DNA of 64,000 bases from Psilocybe cubensis (lineage: Eukaryota): assembly GCA_017499595.2 (NCBI GenBank), contig CM039002.1, positions 3,410,001 through 3,474,000 of the forward strand. The letters are read 5' to 3'. Positions 1 to 12,427 of the stretch are shown one piece after another. The notes beneath the pieces were generated by a model. It searched no databases. It saw only the letters and a program-made list of their open reading frames with translations, and was not told the DNA's origin. How positions within the stretch are numbered: position 1 is the first letter of the stretch; each line of letters opens with the position of its first letter. The translations under genes were made by a program, and so were the position numbers.

Positions 1-178
1 TGTTCGAGGATGCTCTAGCTTCCAGATATTCTGAGGCGAGTTCTTGTAGTGTGGGTATTGGTATAGAGCCGTTCAAGTGGGCGTGTAATTCAGCCTTGGG
101 AACCGACTGTAGAAAAAGGATCTGTTCAGGGGTTAGAGTGCCTAACGCAACAGCTGCTGCTCCACCAATGGAAGACAT
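1..178 (-). CDS. Adenosine deaminase-like protein (ADAL / N6-methyl-AMP deaminase type), 5' end only; runs off the window
   Basis: Manual translation from ATG 178: MSSIGGAAAVALGTLTPEQILFLQSVPKAELHAHLNGSIPIPTLQELASEYLEARASSN. PKAELHAHLNGSI is the N-terminal HxH metal-binding motif of the adenosine/AMP deaminase family. Not in the ORF track. Confidence 0.85.
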   Translation of the reverse strand, partial: MSSIGGAAAVALGTLTPEQILFLQSVPKAELHAHLNGSIPIPTLQELASEYLEARASSN

Positions 179-594
179 AACGCAATACCTGTTCAACTTT
201 GCTTATTGAATTTATGTATCTGAATTCACCTTCCGAAAGGTAAGGACTTCGATAATACGGTTTGACACGGCGTAAGTGAAAGGATGTTCAATGAGTCATC
301 TGGATAGTGAAGGATCGGCCTTTGAAAATTAATCAGTTGCAATCATCAGATCAACTCGCTTTGAGGTATAAATTAATTGATCAGGCCTGGATCAAAAATG
401 CCACATGCTTGACACAAGCTTCAAGCGTCAAGTGTCTAACGAGTTTTGCCAGAATCTAAACTCAGGGAGAAAAACCCGAGCTAACGTTGATAAAATACAG
501 CATGGAGGTCGTAGGAGACCATAGCAATTTGGGAAGTTACATCGGTAAATCACGCCATTTTTTTCTGACTCCAAAGAGAAAATGAAGGGATAAC

Positions 595-2515
595 TTAACC
601 CTCTCTAACAACCTCGCGAACACTCTCCGCAAAGATCTGACATCCGGTTTTCATGTCGTCTTTGGTCACATTCAAAGGGGGGATGAACCTGATCACCTCA
701 TAAACACTGGTCGTCAAGATCAGCATGCCCTTTTCGATACACTTTTTCGCCACACGCGAAGCCATGTTTTGGGGATGTTTCGCTCCACTAGGGTGTGCAC
801 TGTGCTGAGAGTGTGGTGGACTATCCGGGGGAAGGGAAGCAGCGGAATGCGTGGTGAAAGGCTCATGAGCATGAGAGTGGGAGGAAACAGAAGACGATCC
901 GAATTCAACGCCGACCATCAGGCCTCGTCCCCGTACGTCTAGAATGTGCGGGTTCAATGCAGGGTCGTATTTTAACGCGTTCAATGCGGAGAAAAGTTCA
1001 TTCGAGCTGAAAAATGATTGCGTTAAAAATTATTTGTTGATTATGAACGCAGTGGAAACCGACCGGAGTTGCACATTCTCTAGGATGTTTTCTTCGACCA
1101 TGACTTTGTTGACGGCTACGGCGGCTGCACATGAAACCGCGTTGCCTGCATATGTTCCTCCCTGGATAGCAGAAACATAAGACATATGACACAACGTGGA
1201 AGTAGTAGTTTACATACCATGGATCCGGCCTTGAGCTTATCCGTCAATTCACGTCGACTGACAACACCACTGATTGGGAATCCGTTTCCTAGTCCCTACA
1301 TGTCCAATATGCTCTCGTAAACTCCTACGGGAAAGGAATTGACATAACCTACCTTTGCGATCACTAAAATATCTGGCTTCACACCACTTTCTGTTACAGC
1401 AAACCAATTTCCAGTTCGCCCAAAACCACTCTGAACTTCATCCACAATAAGCATGATACCATGCTTGTTGCACACCTTACGAAGCCCCTGGAGGAACTCT
1501 GGCGGTGCCGGAACATATCCTCCTTCTCCCAAAACAGGTTCAACAATGATTGCTGCTGTGTCTGCTGGCGCGGTTTGCTGGGCCAGGAGAAGATCCAATT
1601 GGTAGAGCGCGTTGTCGGACAGGACTGCAGTTGGAGTATTCACTGGCATATTGGATTGATGCCAGTACGGATATGGAATCGAAAACACGCCAGGCTATTT
1701 ACAGCCAGAAGAACGTCAAAACTTATTTATATCGACGACTGGAACAACGATCTACCATGAGTGGGTGTGTGCCAGCAGAATAGATTGTCTTGCTCTTCGT
1801 CACGGCCATTGCACCGAATGTGCGTCCGTGATAAGCACCTAGCAGTGGCGGGCTAAATATTGATACGCGAAGGGGAAGTCAACGAAGAACACAAACCTTG
1901 CATGCAAATAATGTTTTGTCTCTTCGTAAACCACCTCGCCATTTTGATGGCCGCCTCAACGGCCTCCGATCCAGAATTCCAGAAGAAGAACGAGTCAAGA
2001 GAGGGGTCTGGCATGATGGGAAGAAGGCGTTCGATGAGACGGAGATATGGCTCGTGCAACGAAATGCTGCACTAATGGCAGTGTCAGAAAACACCAGTGT
2101 CATGTCATGGAGCACGACGTACTTGGGAGTGAACGAGCTCCATGCACTGATCTGCCGCTGCCTTGCTGACCTTTGGATGGGCATGTCCTAGGCTACGGTT
2201 GAGCAAAGTCACTGTGCCATGGGGAGACAACACACCGAGATTCGTCACGCCAATTCCACAGGTAAAGTCAAGATACTTCCTTCCATCGTCGTACGTGACC
2301 CACGACCCCTCGCCCTTCATCATGATCCCCTCTGTAATCCTACTAAGGCCTTTAGTGACGTGTTTGACACCAAAGTCATGCAAATCTTCGGGGGGAGAAG
2401 AATTGGTTGTCAAGCTTCTGAGATGAGACTGAAGCACCGCTGTAGGTGCCAGCCTAAATTTCGAAGACGCATATCTGTTGAGACGCGGGTTGGTGGCGAG
2501 CCTTGATCTGAGCAT
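595..2515 (-). CDS. Class-III PLP-dependent aminotransferase (4-aminobutyrate/acetylornithine aminotransferase-like), multi-exon, probable mitochondrial presequence
   Basis: Motifs across exons: [72 protein letters not shown] (PLP lysine), [17 protein letters not shown]-terminus [22 protein letters not shown] is Arg/Ser-rich and lacks acidic residues. Confidence 0.92.
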
Positions 2516-2886
2516 CACGATTGAAACGAACAAAGAAGCATTCTCTGCGGGGAGCACCTGCATACGTGTGGGGAACGAGGGGTGAGAATTAATCGCTAAG
2601 CTGATCTAAACCTATCTAGACCCACTTATTTGTCTCAAGGTCCGATGTCATTCAAATCGCCCTCTTGCATTGCTCTTCGAGGCCACTGTTCTCGATGAGG
2701 CTGCAGACATGAAACGATGGCGTCGACATCATTGTGTTTCGGGAGCTTTCGGTGCCGGATCTGAAATCTGACTTGGTATTGCGATTTAAGGTCCGACGTA
2801 AAGGACAAGTGAGTCACCGTTGGTTTATTGGATGAAACCATATACCTACACTTTGGTTCAGTTCTCAAACGCAGTTGGAAACTGGG

Positions 2887-3885
2887 ATGTCGCAAGCGCG
2901 CAAACGTACAAAGGTCGACAATGAATCTGTTTCCCAATTCCAACAGGTTTCAAATCTGGAGGAACACAGGATAAAAGATATGCCCCTCTCTGAAATTTAC
3001 TATGTGCCCGACTTCATATCAAAGGAAGACTCTGACGAGTGGTACAAGGCATTGCTGGCTCTAGACACCTGTGTGTCCAATACAATATAAGACGTTCGTG
3101 GCAGGGCGCTTATTTTGTGTGCAATGTTCAGGGTACCGGCCGACACTGAAGATCTTCGGGCGCGAAGTGGTGCAGTCCAGAAAAATTGCAGGTCGGTTCA
3201 ATCTCTTTGATAGAAGCTCATCTTGCCTTGAAAACTCCCAGCATACTCAACAGACCCAAATCTCACTCTCAAGTATAGTGGCCAAATCGTGAACATGAAG
3301 TACGAATATCCAAAAGTCCTCCGCGAAATCCAAGACAAAGTGGAAGAGCGCCTCGGCGTCAAATTCAACCATGTCATGTTAAATCTCTACGAAGACGGTA
3401 AGGTATACATTGGAAATCACCGTGACAACCTGGAGAACAAGTGGGTGGTACTAGCCAGGTCAAAAAAGACTTAAATCAACCTCCTTTCAGAGTCATAGCA
3501 AGCGTCTCGGTCGGAGCTCCGCGGACGTTCATAATGACCCGCGACAAGAAGGTGACATCGAAGCACCCAGAGGGTTCTTCTTCGTCGAAGATCACATCTG
3601 AAGAAGCAGGCCAAGCCAGGGTCAATAATAAGCGCCCATTCTTCGACATCTCTGAATCCTCTCTACAAGTCACTGAGCCAGTTGACCGAAAGAGCTGGAT
3701 ACTCGATTCTGGATCACTAGTTGTAATGCAGGGAGATACGCAAAGATACTGGAAACACGAAATTCCCAAGTGGGTACTAGACTTTTCTGTTAATTGTTTG
3801 TGCTGAGTGTATTTTGAATTCATACAGAGAGCCAAAGGTAAAGGAGGGGAGAATAAGTCTGACTTTCCGTCAGCTTGTGACTTAG
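2887..3885 (+). CDS. AlkB-family 2OG-Fe(II) dioxygenase (ALKBH2/3-like), multi-exon
   Basis: FNHVMLNLYEDGKVYIGNHRD (HxD), IASVSVGAPRTF, GSLVVMQGDTQRYWKHEIPK (distal His), C-terminal GRISLTFRQLVT* (RxxxxxR) ending with TAG at 3885. Confidence 0.92.
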
Positions 3886-4371
3886 ACTTCTGAATTTTTC
3901 TGACTTAAAAGTGACAATCATTTGAAGTTCTCGCGCTCTCTATCATCGGTACTTACATTGTACCGGAACGGTTTGAAGCAGGCTGGCCGCTTGCTTATTT
4001 GCTGAGGGATAGTGCTTAAGGTTGTGCGCGCGCCTATGACTAGTACATTTTATAGCACACCGCCCAGTTTATGTTTATGAATTGTAAAGTCGTTTTAAAA
4101 AAACGATTTATTCAAAGAGATTTTCCAAAAAGCCATCAATATCGCTAAGCAACCAAGTCGGCTAACCCCTTTAAAACATCCGCCGACGGAGGCATCAGCC
4201 AATAATCAGCAAAAAGCTGTGCACAGCAGAACACATAAATTCAAAACACCTACGGGACTATCTGATCCCCTTGTTCGCTGGTTCGAACAACGTCGACCAC
4301 CCCCAAAGACCTCCCGCTCACGAACACACTCCACGACCGCCACGATTCCGTCCAACAACTCACCCCTGTTA

Positions 4372-5113
4372 ATGTCCGCGCGCGCCGTTCCATCGCCCAG
4401 GCGCCGGCAGCCTTACTCACCACGATGTCCTTCACCGCTCGGGCTCCCTCCTCTAGGGTACCCGCCCGCGCAACCGCAACCGCCGCTCGCGCCGCACATG
4501 GCATTCCAGAGCCCTTCCTACCCGCTCACACCAGAGAGGCACATCCAACCCAAGGGCGTGTCCGAGTCGCGAGTTCCCTATCCCCCTGAGGCGCGTCGCC
4601 CGCTGGCGGGCACGCAGAGCCAAAGTCGCCCACGATCCCAACCCGTTCCCCCGCCCTTAAATTTGAGCTCGGAGCATCATCCGCCTACACAGGCTCCGCC
4701 ACAACCAAAGTACCCTGGCACAGCGCAGCCTGTGGCGAAGCAGGAGATGACGATGGTCGTATCCCCTCCTAGTCCAACACCCAGCGATACGTCCAGTTTA
4801 TCCCTGTACAGCGCGGAAAGCATCACGAAAGCATTTCCTGTTGAAGTCGCCCAGCAGCAGCAAGTGCAGAAGATGCAGCAGGAAGAAGATGAGAAACCCC
4901 CGAGCTTGTTTTGTGGTTGCTTCAGTGCGTTGGTCGTCAACGGATTGTTATGATTTCAACTGATGAATTTGGACGTTAGATTTCAAAGCATGGTTCGGAG
5001 GCTCTAAGAAAGCAAGAGAGAAGAAAATTCTCGGACCGCCAATTCCTCCGGTCCCCCAACCTGCACCTCAGACTGTTCAAGTCAGACGACGACCGTCACC
5101 ACTCAATTTGTGA
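4372..5113 (+). CDS. Proline/serine-rich hypothetical protein, two exons
   Basis: Long open frame from ATG 4372. A GT-AG intron (~4925-4979) joins it in frame to ...CFNFKAWFGGSKKAREKKILGPPIPPVPQPAPQTVQVRRRPSPLNL*. Confidence 0.7.
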
Positions 5114-5634
5114 CAAACGTGCAAAGACTCTTCTCCACACTTTTTCATTTCTTTCTTTGGGCGGGCAAACATACGGGATATATTTTTAAATGTACTATTG
5201 GCAGGCAAGGTGGTCAGAGCCGATGCAAATATGGAGGTTGTTTGTTGAGTACTCAATTTTTATCACTCTGTAGCGAGTTTGGTTTACATAGACCTACAAC
5301 TATTGCCCAGAGTGTGCTTTCAGGCAATTACATATATGTTTCGACTCTCGCTCTGGGTGAACCAATATGTCCATGCTTGATGATCCTATGGTAAGGTAAG
5401 TGTAGAGTCGAATCGATGTTCCTCTTACCTGCACCTTTCACACTACAGGTAGAACATAAAGACCAAAAACTCCTTCATAGTAGTTCAAACCACGCAGGTA
5501 GGTAGCAAAAAACGTTGCAACATAGTATAGCGCTTATGTGGGCAAAATCATGGAATGCACGAGAGAATCCACGTGGCCTTAAAGTGCACCTGGATTCCCA
5601 ATTTCCCATAAAATGATCAAGAAACCTACGTTTC

Positions 5635-6748
5635 CTACAATTCGATGGTTTCCTTATGTTTGAACTTCCGCCCAGCGCGATCAGCTGCCCTGAATCTGAA
5701 TTGATTACCGTAAAGCTCGAACTGTATGTGAGGCTGATCCAAAACGGTCTCCAGCGCAGTGACATTTTCTGTCGATGCAGGTGGAGGTAGCGGTAAAGGC
5801 GTGTTGACTGTGTGCGTGGGTGGAAGGATGGAATACAGAGGGACGGCAAACGAGAAAACAGTTCCTTGCTTTGGAAGGACTGAAAACCACGCGATCAATC
5901 AGGTTGAATACCTAGGTGGCTAACCAAACTTGGTGACTTGAACATACCTTTCAGTTTGTTGGTCTTCGTCACAACTTTGAACGCATTCTCTGTCTCATGA
6001 ATAACGATACCAGAAAGGCCTATTAAACATGGGTTTTTGCTCTGACATACTAATATAGGAAAGTTTATGTTGTGTCAGTATACAGATGCTCATTGACACA
6101 CTCTGGAAGATTGCATACCAGTCATGATAGATCCGTGATAATCTGCTTTGAGGAGTTTCGGGTGCATGCCAGATGATTGGGGCATAGATTTCGACGCCGC
6201 ATCGAAGCTCGGAGGTTGAGAAGGTTTTGGAGGTAGGACAAGAAGCTCAGACATGTACCCCATCCAAAGTCGATGAAGAGGAAGAAATAGATTGAATCTA
6301 CCAGATCGGTTAGCCTGAAACGCCCTTGAAAAAAAGACAATCAGACGCACTTTGCTTGCGCCTCCTCAAACTTCCAAACGCCCTTCTCCTTTGCTTCTCG
6401 CTTCCCGATAATTCCAAGCTTTTTCCTTTCGCGTTGTCTGTTTCTCCTAATACGCTTTTCTTCCAATGCTTTCTTCGCACGACTCTCGCGTGCGGGATTC
6501 TCTAGCAAAATTTGGCGACCTTGTACACGAGTACTGTACATTCCCATAGGATCAGATGAGAGGGAAAGATTGGAAGAAACATATGTCGGCGTAAATGGCG
6601 AGGAGGAAGAAAACTGGACGCGCTGGCCCTAGATTGGATAGTGTTGTAAATCGCTGCACGCCTCACAGGAAAACAGGAAAACCTTGTCACGCAACGGAAA
6701 AGGTACATATGGATCAAGAAGTTTGATTTTTGAGGATGAAGGGTCCAT
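5635..6748 (-). CDS. POP4: RNase P/MRP subunit p29 (Pop4/Rpp29), multi-exon
   Basis: PLHRLWMGYMSELL, HPKLLKADYHGSIMT, GLSGIVIHETENAFKVVT, LPKQGTVFSF, FELYGNQFRFRAADRAGRKFK are characteristic of Rpp29. Confidence 0.9.
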
Positions 6749-7144
6749 GATAGAAACAACAATCCGTGTTCTGATAGAGAATGTGTCGAGGAGTCAATAA
6801 ATTATTGTCAAAATGAATTTCGGAACGAAACACGGAGGCATAGTTTGGCAATGTCTTGTAGACATAACAACGCGTTCCTAATTAGGGGCTACTTCGTGGA
6901 AACGTACACGGCAAGGCAAGTAATGAGATATTGAAATAGTACGAACTTTTGCTTCTTAAGGAAGGTCTGATTACAGTTCTAGGAATGGATAGCCAACTAT
7001 AATATATTATTAAGATAAAAGCAACACGTAGCCTTCAACCTCAGCTAGATTCAAGATATCTGAAAACACCATACGAAGCAACAAACGCTGATTTATGTGT
7101 TCCTGGGGGCTTAAAGATTGCTCGAGGACTGTGTCCACTAAGTG

Positions 7145-10100
7145 TTACGGCTGATATCCTCGATAATAGTTGTCCCACTCTTCAAATCTACAGGGGCTTA
7201 GGTTAGCAATTCCATATCATTGATAAGATCCCTAAATGAACAGTACGCACACCGGCGGGACGGGTGTGCTGAGAATATCGTACCCAGATCCAATGAGATC
7301 ACCGATCTGTGAGGTAAATTGGGTTATATCATTCACTCCTATCCCCGAGATGGTATGCTCAGGAATATACGTTTCACGCCCTGCCTGCTCTGCCCAAGAG
7401 GCGCTCATGATACTATGCTGTCTATCGCTTGGTAGCTCCATAGATAATCCCATTTCCGTGAGCAACAGATTTTGGAATCCCCAATCATCTGGAGAAAAGG
7501 TCGACTGTGTCCCTGGCACAAAATGTGTTTGTAGCTGTAGACTGTCAATAGCAGCAGATCCTGATGAACAAGCTGCATCTTTTCTTATGTCACTTGGTGA
7601 TATTTGTGATGACGTCTGAAGGTGATTTATGGAAGGCCTATTTTGGTGCATTTCGGCACTAGCTTCAGACAAGATGTCACTAATGGTGAACGTTATTAGT
7701 GTGTTTCCTGTGTGAAATGACAATAGCGCGTAGTCACCCTAATCTCCCACCACTATGCCACCTAAGAAATAGATGTCATTGAAAGACCATGATGCTGTGA
7801 TAGAGACTCACCTTTTTTCACATTTTCTGAGATACTGCACGCATTTCTCAAGATTATCCTTTTCGGCTCTGAAACCGTCTGTAGTTCCTGCTGATTGAGT
7901 CATCCATATACCAAGGGTTATTACCATGCCTGATGTATATGCAGCTATCTGTAATAGGTCAAAATTGTCAGCGTACTAAGTCCCACTGTTTATGATTGTG
8001 ATCTGCTAAAATGAATGGGGTACATACTATGGTAATGGGCAACACTCCAACATCCCTGATTACGGCTGCTTCCAGAATTCCAGAGCAAGTTCGGGCAGCA
8101 TTGCTACAAATGGCAAAAGAAGGAGCCGTCAAAGGACTCCCCTTTGCCAATAAATATGGTCGGTGGATTTGAATTTGAACATAACTGTACGTGGCATGAA
8201 GGATGACAGACTGGTGGAAGAAAACTTCATTGCGTTCGCCAGAGTCCCAGTGCACTGCAATCCATAAATCAGTAAACAGCCCCCAAAGAAAAGATGAATG
8301 TAAGGTTGGCTTCCTTAAATGACACCTACAATGGCTTGGAAGCGATTCTTTCCATTTGTTCATGGTCGAATCTAATTCAGCAACCATCCTTCCTTCCCAC
8401 CTTGAACCCAGGAATCCCGACAAAATTCGAGTTTTTTTGTTTGAATACAGTGTTCGTAGTACAAACCCAAGAATTTCACAAAGCTTGATAAGGGCAACAA
8501 AAGCTGATATTGAACACGGCTTTCCTTCGGGCTGACGGAAACATGTTTCTCGATCTCCGGTATCCCAATACTCATCGTCGCACTCAATAGGATAGTCTAA
8601 ATCGTATCTGATAATTATAGATCGTCAGTTAGTAAGCGCCCGGTATAGTAGTCAATAGACAAAAATACTGACGCCTCGAGAGGAATGGAGCATGCACGCC
8701 CAACGAAAGAGCTTTCAGCACTGTCTAAGCATACTAGTGCCCTGTCCAATCTTTATTTTCACCGTTTCTGGATAGACGAGCAACACGCACCAAAATGCCC
8801 GTTTTTGTAATTCATATTCAACAGAAGGCTTCTGTTGTGGTCCTCTACGACGGTGAACTCCTTTTTCAAATGCGTGCCTTAGACCGATAGCAAGAAGAGT
8901 CCAAGAAGCCTGAGGTAGGGAAGTGGAAGAGAGGTAAAGAGCCGCAAGCTAAGAAGTCGTATTAGAATATGTGGAATGATATTGGCATCTGTTGTTGTCT
9001 TACCGCGTAGTATTGTAGATCATATGTTGTTGATTTATGGAGCATCCTCTTTCGATATACCTGTACCTGGCTGAAATAATGCCATCCAGCGGAGATGCCA
9101 GTTCCAGAAGAGTCGTTGAACATCATGACACGCAAGTCTTGTGAGTACTTTGCTCCAAGGGCACAGACCAATAGGACTGTCATCCCGAATAATGGGTCCC
9201 ATAGGTGTTGCCCAATCGACAAGGATTTCACAAAGGTTGGACGGTGAAGCACTGGTAAAAGGATATTACATCTGTCGAAATATAAGGATACGAGATTGTT
9301 GAGTAGGTCGACTTCAGGATATGTGTAAGGAGGCTCGGGTGTGGATATGTATGCACTTTCCCACTGAACTTTCGTCATTATTACGGTAAGGAAGGTGAAC
9401 AAAGACAACATACTGGCTCTAGATCCCAGTAAATACGTCGCCGAAATTGGTTGGTATGGCCGGGATGTATTCCGTGCATTTCCCCGGTGACCTCATTTCT
9501 TACATCTGTGACCTGCTTAGCAAACATAAACATGCTATAAAGCGATCAGACTAAGAATCTCAGCAAGAAGAGGAGTCACTAAACCTTCCTTGGCCATAGA
9601 AACGTTCGTCAATCGCAGCGGCCGTCGATGTCGTGAACTTCTTCATGTTCTCTGTTAGAGCGGCAAGGGCAAGGTCCTCGGTGTCTGATTCCACAGAGTC
9701 GTCATCGGTTGTCGAAGCATCATCTATTCCCGGTTCAACAAAGCGGAGGTTTGTAGAATACAGAAATCTAGTGGTCCTTGGAACGGCCACCTGGGAAGTA
9801 TTTGAAGGCATTCGTAACTCGGGACATTTGTCATTCCTGCCAGCTTCAATAATTCGATCGATATCCTCCCCAGGGTGCATCTAAATAGGTTGTAGACTGT
9901 CAGCTCAAATAGAGTAAGGAGGGTGTGGATTAGTGGTTGAGATTGCACCTTTTGAATGTAAGTTTCTAGCTTCTTTATTCTCGTCTCCAGTATCTCGACA
10001 TAACTGCTTAGATGACAAACAATGTGAGGCCCTTTGAAAACTAGGTGATCTACTCTCCAAGTACACTTACGCAGCAGTCATTTCCTTTAGCTGCTTCTCC

Positions 10101-10467
10101 TACTCGGGTCATATATGTTAGCTATCTTCTCCCTGTAAACCTAACATGGGTTATACCTTTTGGCGACGAGGCATGTCATGTGTACATATTGTGCTGGACA
10201 TTATGCAATTGGTGCAGACCTTCCCAGGTTTCAATGCACTATCGCCTATGTTTGCAACATATGAATGAGGTCCAAAATTGAGAATAAAACAGCATACATT
10301 TTGCTGAAAAAGCGTTGAAAAACCTGTCCTGATATTTAATACATCAACTCACTCTTCTTGGTTCGGCATGCATCACAGGCTCCGCGCAGCCGTCTTCTTC
10401 TAAATTGTTGACCTTGAAGAATGTTGCTCGAATCTGGTAAATATCCTTGAGTGGTTTCGGTGGACAT
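7145..10467 (-). CDS. Zn2Cys6 (Gal4-type) transcription factor with fungal-specific TF middle domain, many exons
   Basis: Spliced N-terminus RRRLRGACDACRTKKTKCDSALKPGKVCTNCIMSSTIC (C-x2-C-x6-C-x9-C-x2-C-x6-C). Middle domain: LVSLYFDRCNILLPVLHRPTF, ELDSTMNKWKESLP, VQIQIHRPY, ICSNAARTC. C-terminus FEEWDNYYRGYQP*. Confidence 0.92.
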
Positions 10468-11160
10468 GGGGGAAGATGATCAAGTATTGGGGGAGCCTAT
10501 CCGCAGCCAGTGCCAGCAAGTTCCAGTTATGGGTTTGTGATTTGTGATGGCTTAACCAAGGCTTAACCGATGTTGGCTTGTTGATAAGCGTTGTCGGCAC
10601 GGTGCGGTTACATAACAATACAAATGCTTGGTTTCACCATTAGTCGTATTATACATTTCCTTCAAACTTAGAATATAGGATCTAGTAAACACTATCTGTG
10701 GTTTACATTTTTTCCTTTGAAGGAATACGAGGCAAAAAACAGAGCAAACGAATTTCTTTGAAAAATGATATCCAATCACTGCCATCAAAATGAAGGAATG
10801 GGGCGGCATGTTGCAGCTCGGAGGTCTCTGCAATCAACACATTCGGGTAATCGATATTTAGCCGTTATGACTTGAAAAATATTAAGTTGAAGTTCACCGG
10901 AGAACATTTTGGGAAGCATGGGGATCACTATGTTGTTGCCAGATGTGCGCACTCTCCAGAAAAATGCACTTGTTGTGTCTTAGGGGCCAAAGACGGCCGT
11001 CTTTTCGGCAGATGGCGGAGTCTAAAGTATCAATGACCGATTGATCTGGCGCGACTCGTGGAAGACCTGCGCGCGGACCAATATATTCGCGTACATATAA
11101 CATCACTATAACTTAAAGCGAATACGTAAACAGCCGCCAATGCCACTCTGGTACAAATAA

Positions 11161-12381
11161 TTAAAACCCAAGATCTTGTAATCGGTAACGGGACTGAGTT
11201 ACATGGAATGCTCTGAGACGGACCAGTTAGCGATAGATCAACTGAACCAGAAAAAATTGCAATCGATCTAGCTCACAAGTATCCATTCACAAAGTTCTTC
11301 CAGCAGCGTATGGCATCTTCGGTAGATAATGTGCTTACAATGCGAGTGTGGGCGTCTAGCACATCTTGCGCAACCTCGAGAAGTGTGTCTTCCACCGATA
11401 TTCCTGAGATAAATGCTCTGTTGTGAATGTAATTGGTTTTCTCTCCCGCGAGTGTTTCCTTGTAAAATCTTTTGGACGTAATTAGCGTAGACGAATCAGT
11501 CAATAAGAACATGTAACTCACGAAAGAACGTCATTTGTAAGATCTATAAATGTACAGATATCTCCAATAGCCTGAATATAGACGGAAATATCGGAGTGGA
11601 GATTCCTCGGGAAGATCATAAATCCATATGCCGCTGCGACTCCCGTCTTTGTGCGTAAGTAGGTAGGCCATGCCCGTGCATTAGTCTTGAGCTTCATTTT
11701 CCTGATGCTAGGAGTTTCTTCGAGGGAGCATCCGTTGATGTACTCCATTGCAGATGTGTTAATGCAATTCGCCGGAGTTTCATCCCATAGCTCATACATA
11801 TCTACAAGGTGATTGCGAAAATGCTTAAAAATTGGAATCTTGTCAGTTACAGTACCGCCAAGCATGCCGCGCTGAAACCCCTGCATCAACAGAGGAAATT
11901 TGTGACAAAAATCGTCAAAGTAAATCATGAACCTGGCATATGTAAGTAAGCGAATGGTAAAAAGGTGATTCGAGAAGTACATACCACGTAAATCGAGCAG
12001 CTTGCAATTGAACTTCTCGTGTGTGTCCATAATATGAAAGCTATCCCAAGGTCAATCTCAGCCTAGCATGTGTGCTCCATTGTTAAGTTTACTTACATAT
12101 GCCATTGCTGCGGATTGTGCGCAGACGATATCAAACCAAGCCTTATCATTTGAATGCATAGAAAACTCGGAGCGCAGAGCTTCTTCTAGATATTCCTTTC
12201 TCTCTGAATCAACCTTTGGTGGATGGTAATTGAGGCATTTGAGAAGATTGGTGATGGTACGTTGCACCAACATGGCCGAGTGATCCGTTGACTGGATATG
12301 ATTGAACGTCAACCATGGGACAATAGACCGCGATGAAAGAGAGACGGGAAGTGCATTCAGAATAGAGGAGACGGAAAACAT
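11161..12381 (-). CDS. Trichodiene synthase-like (TRI5-family) class I terpene cyclase, 5 exons
   Basis: WFMIYFDDFCHK (Asp motif), YLRTKTGVAAAY, NSE triad NDVLS|FYKE, LAGEKTNYI, and C-terminal SRYRLQDLGF* (RY pair), stop at 11161. Confidence 0.9.
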
Positions 12382-12419
12382 ATTTTAGAGGATGTACATT
12401 GTAGAATATTCATCCAGCT

Positions 12420-12427
12420 TTTTTATA
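12420..12427 (-). promoter_or_regulatory. Putative TATA box of the terpene cyclase gene
   Basis: TATAAAAA on the minus strand ~40 nt upstream of ATG 12381. Confidence 0.4.
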
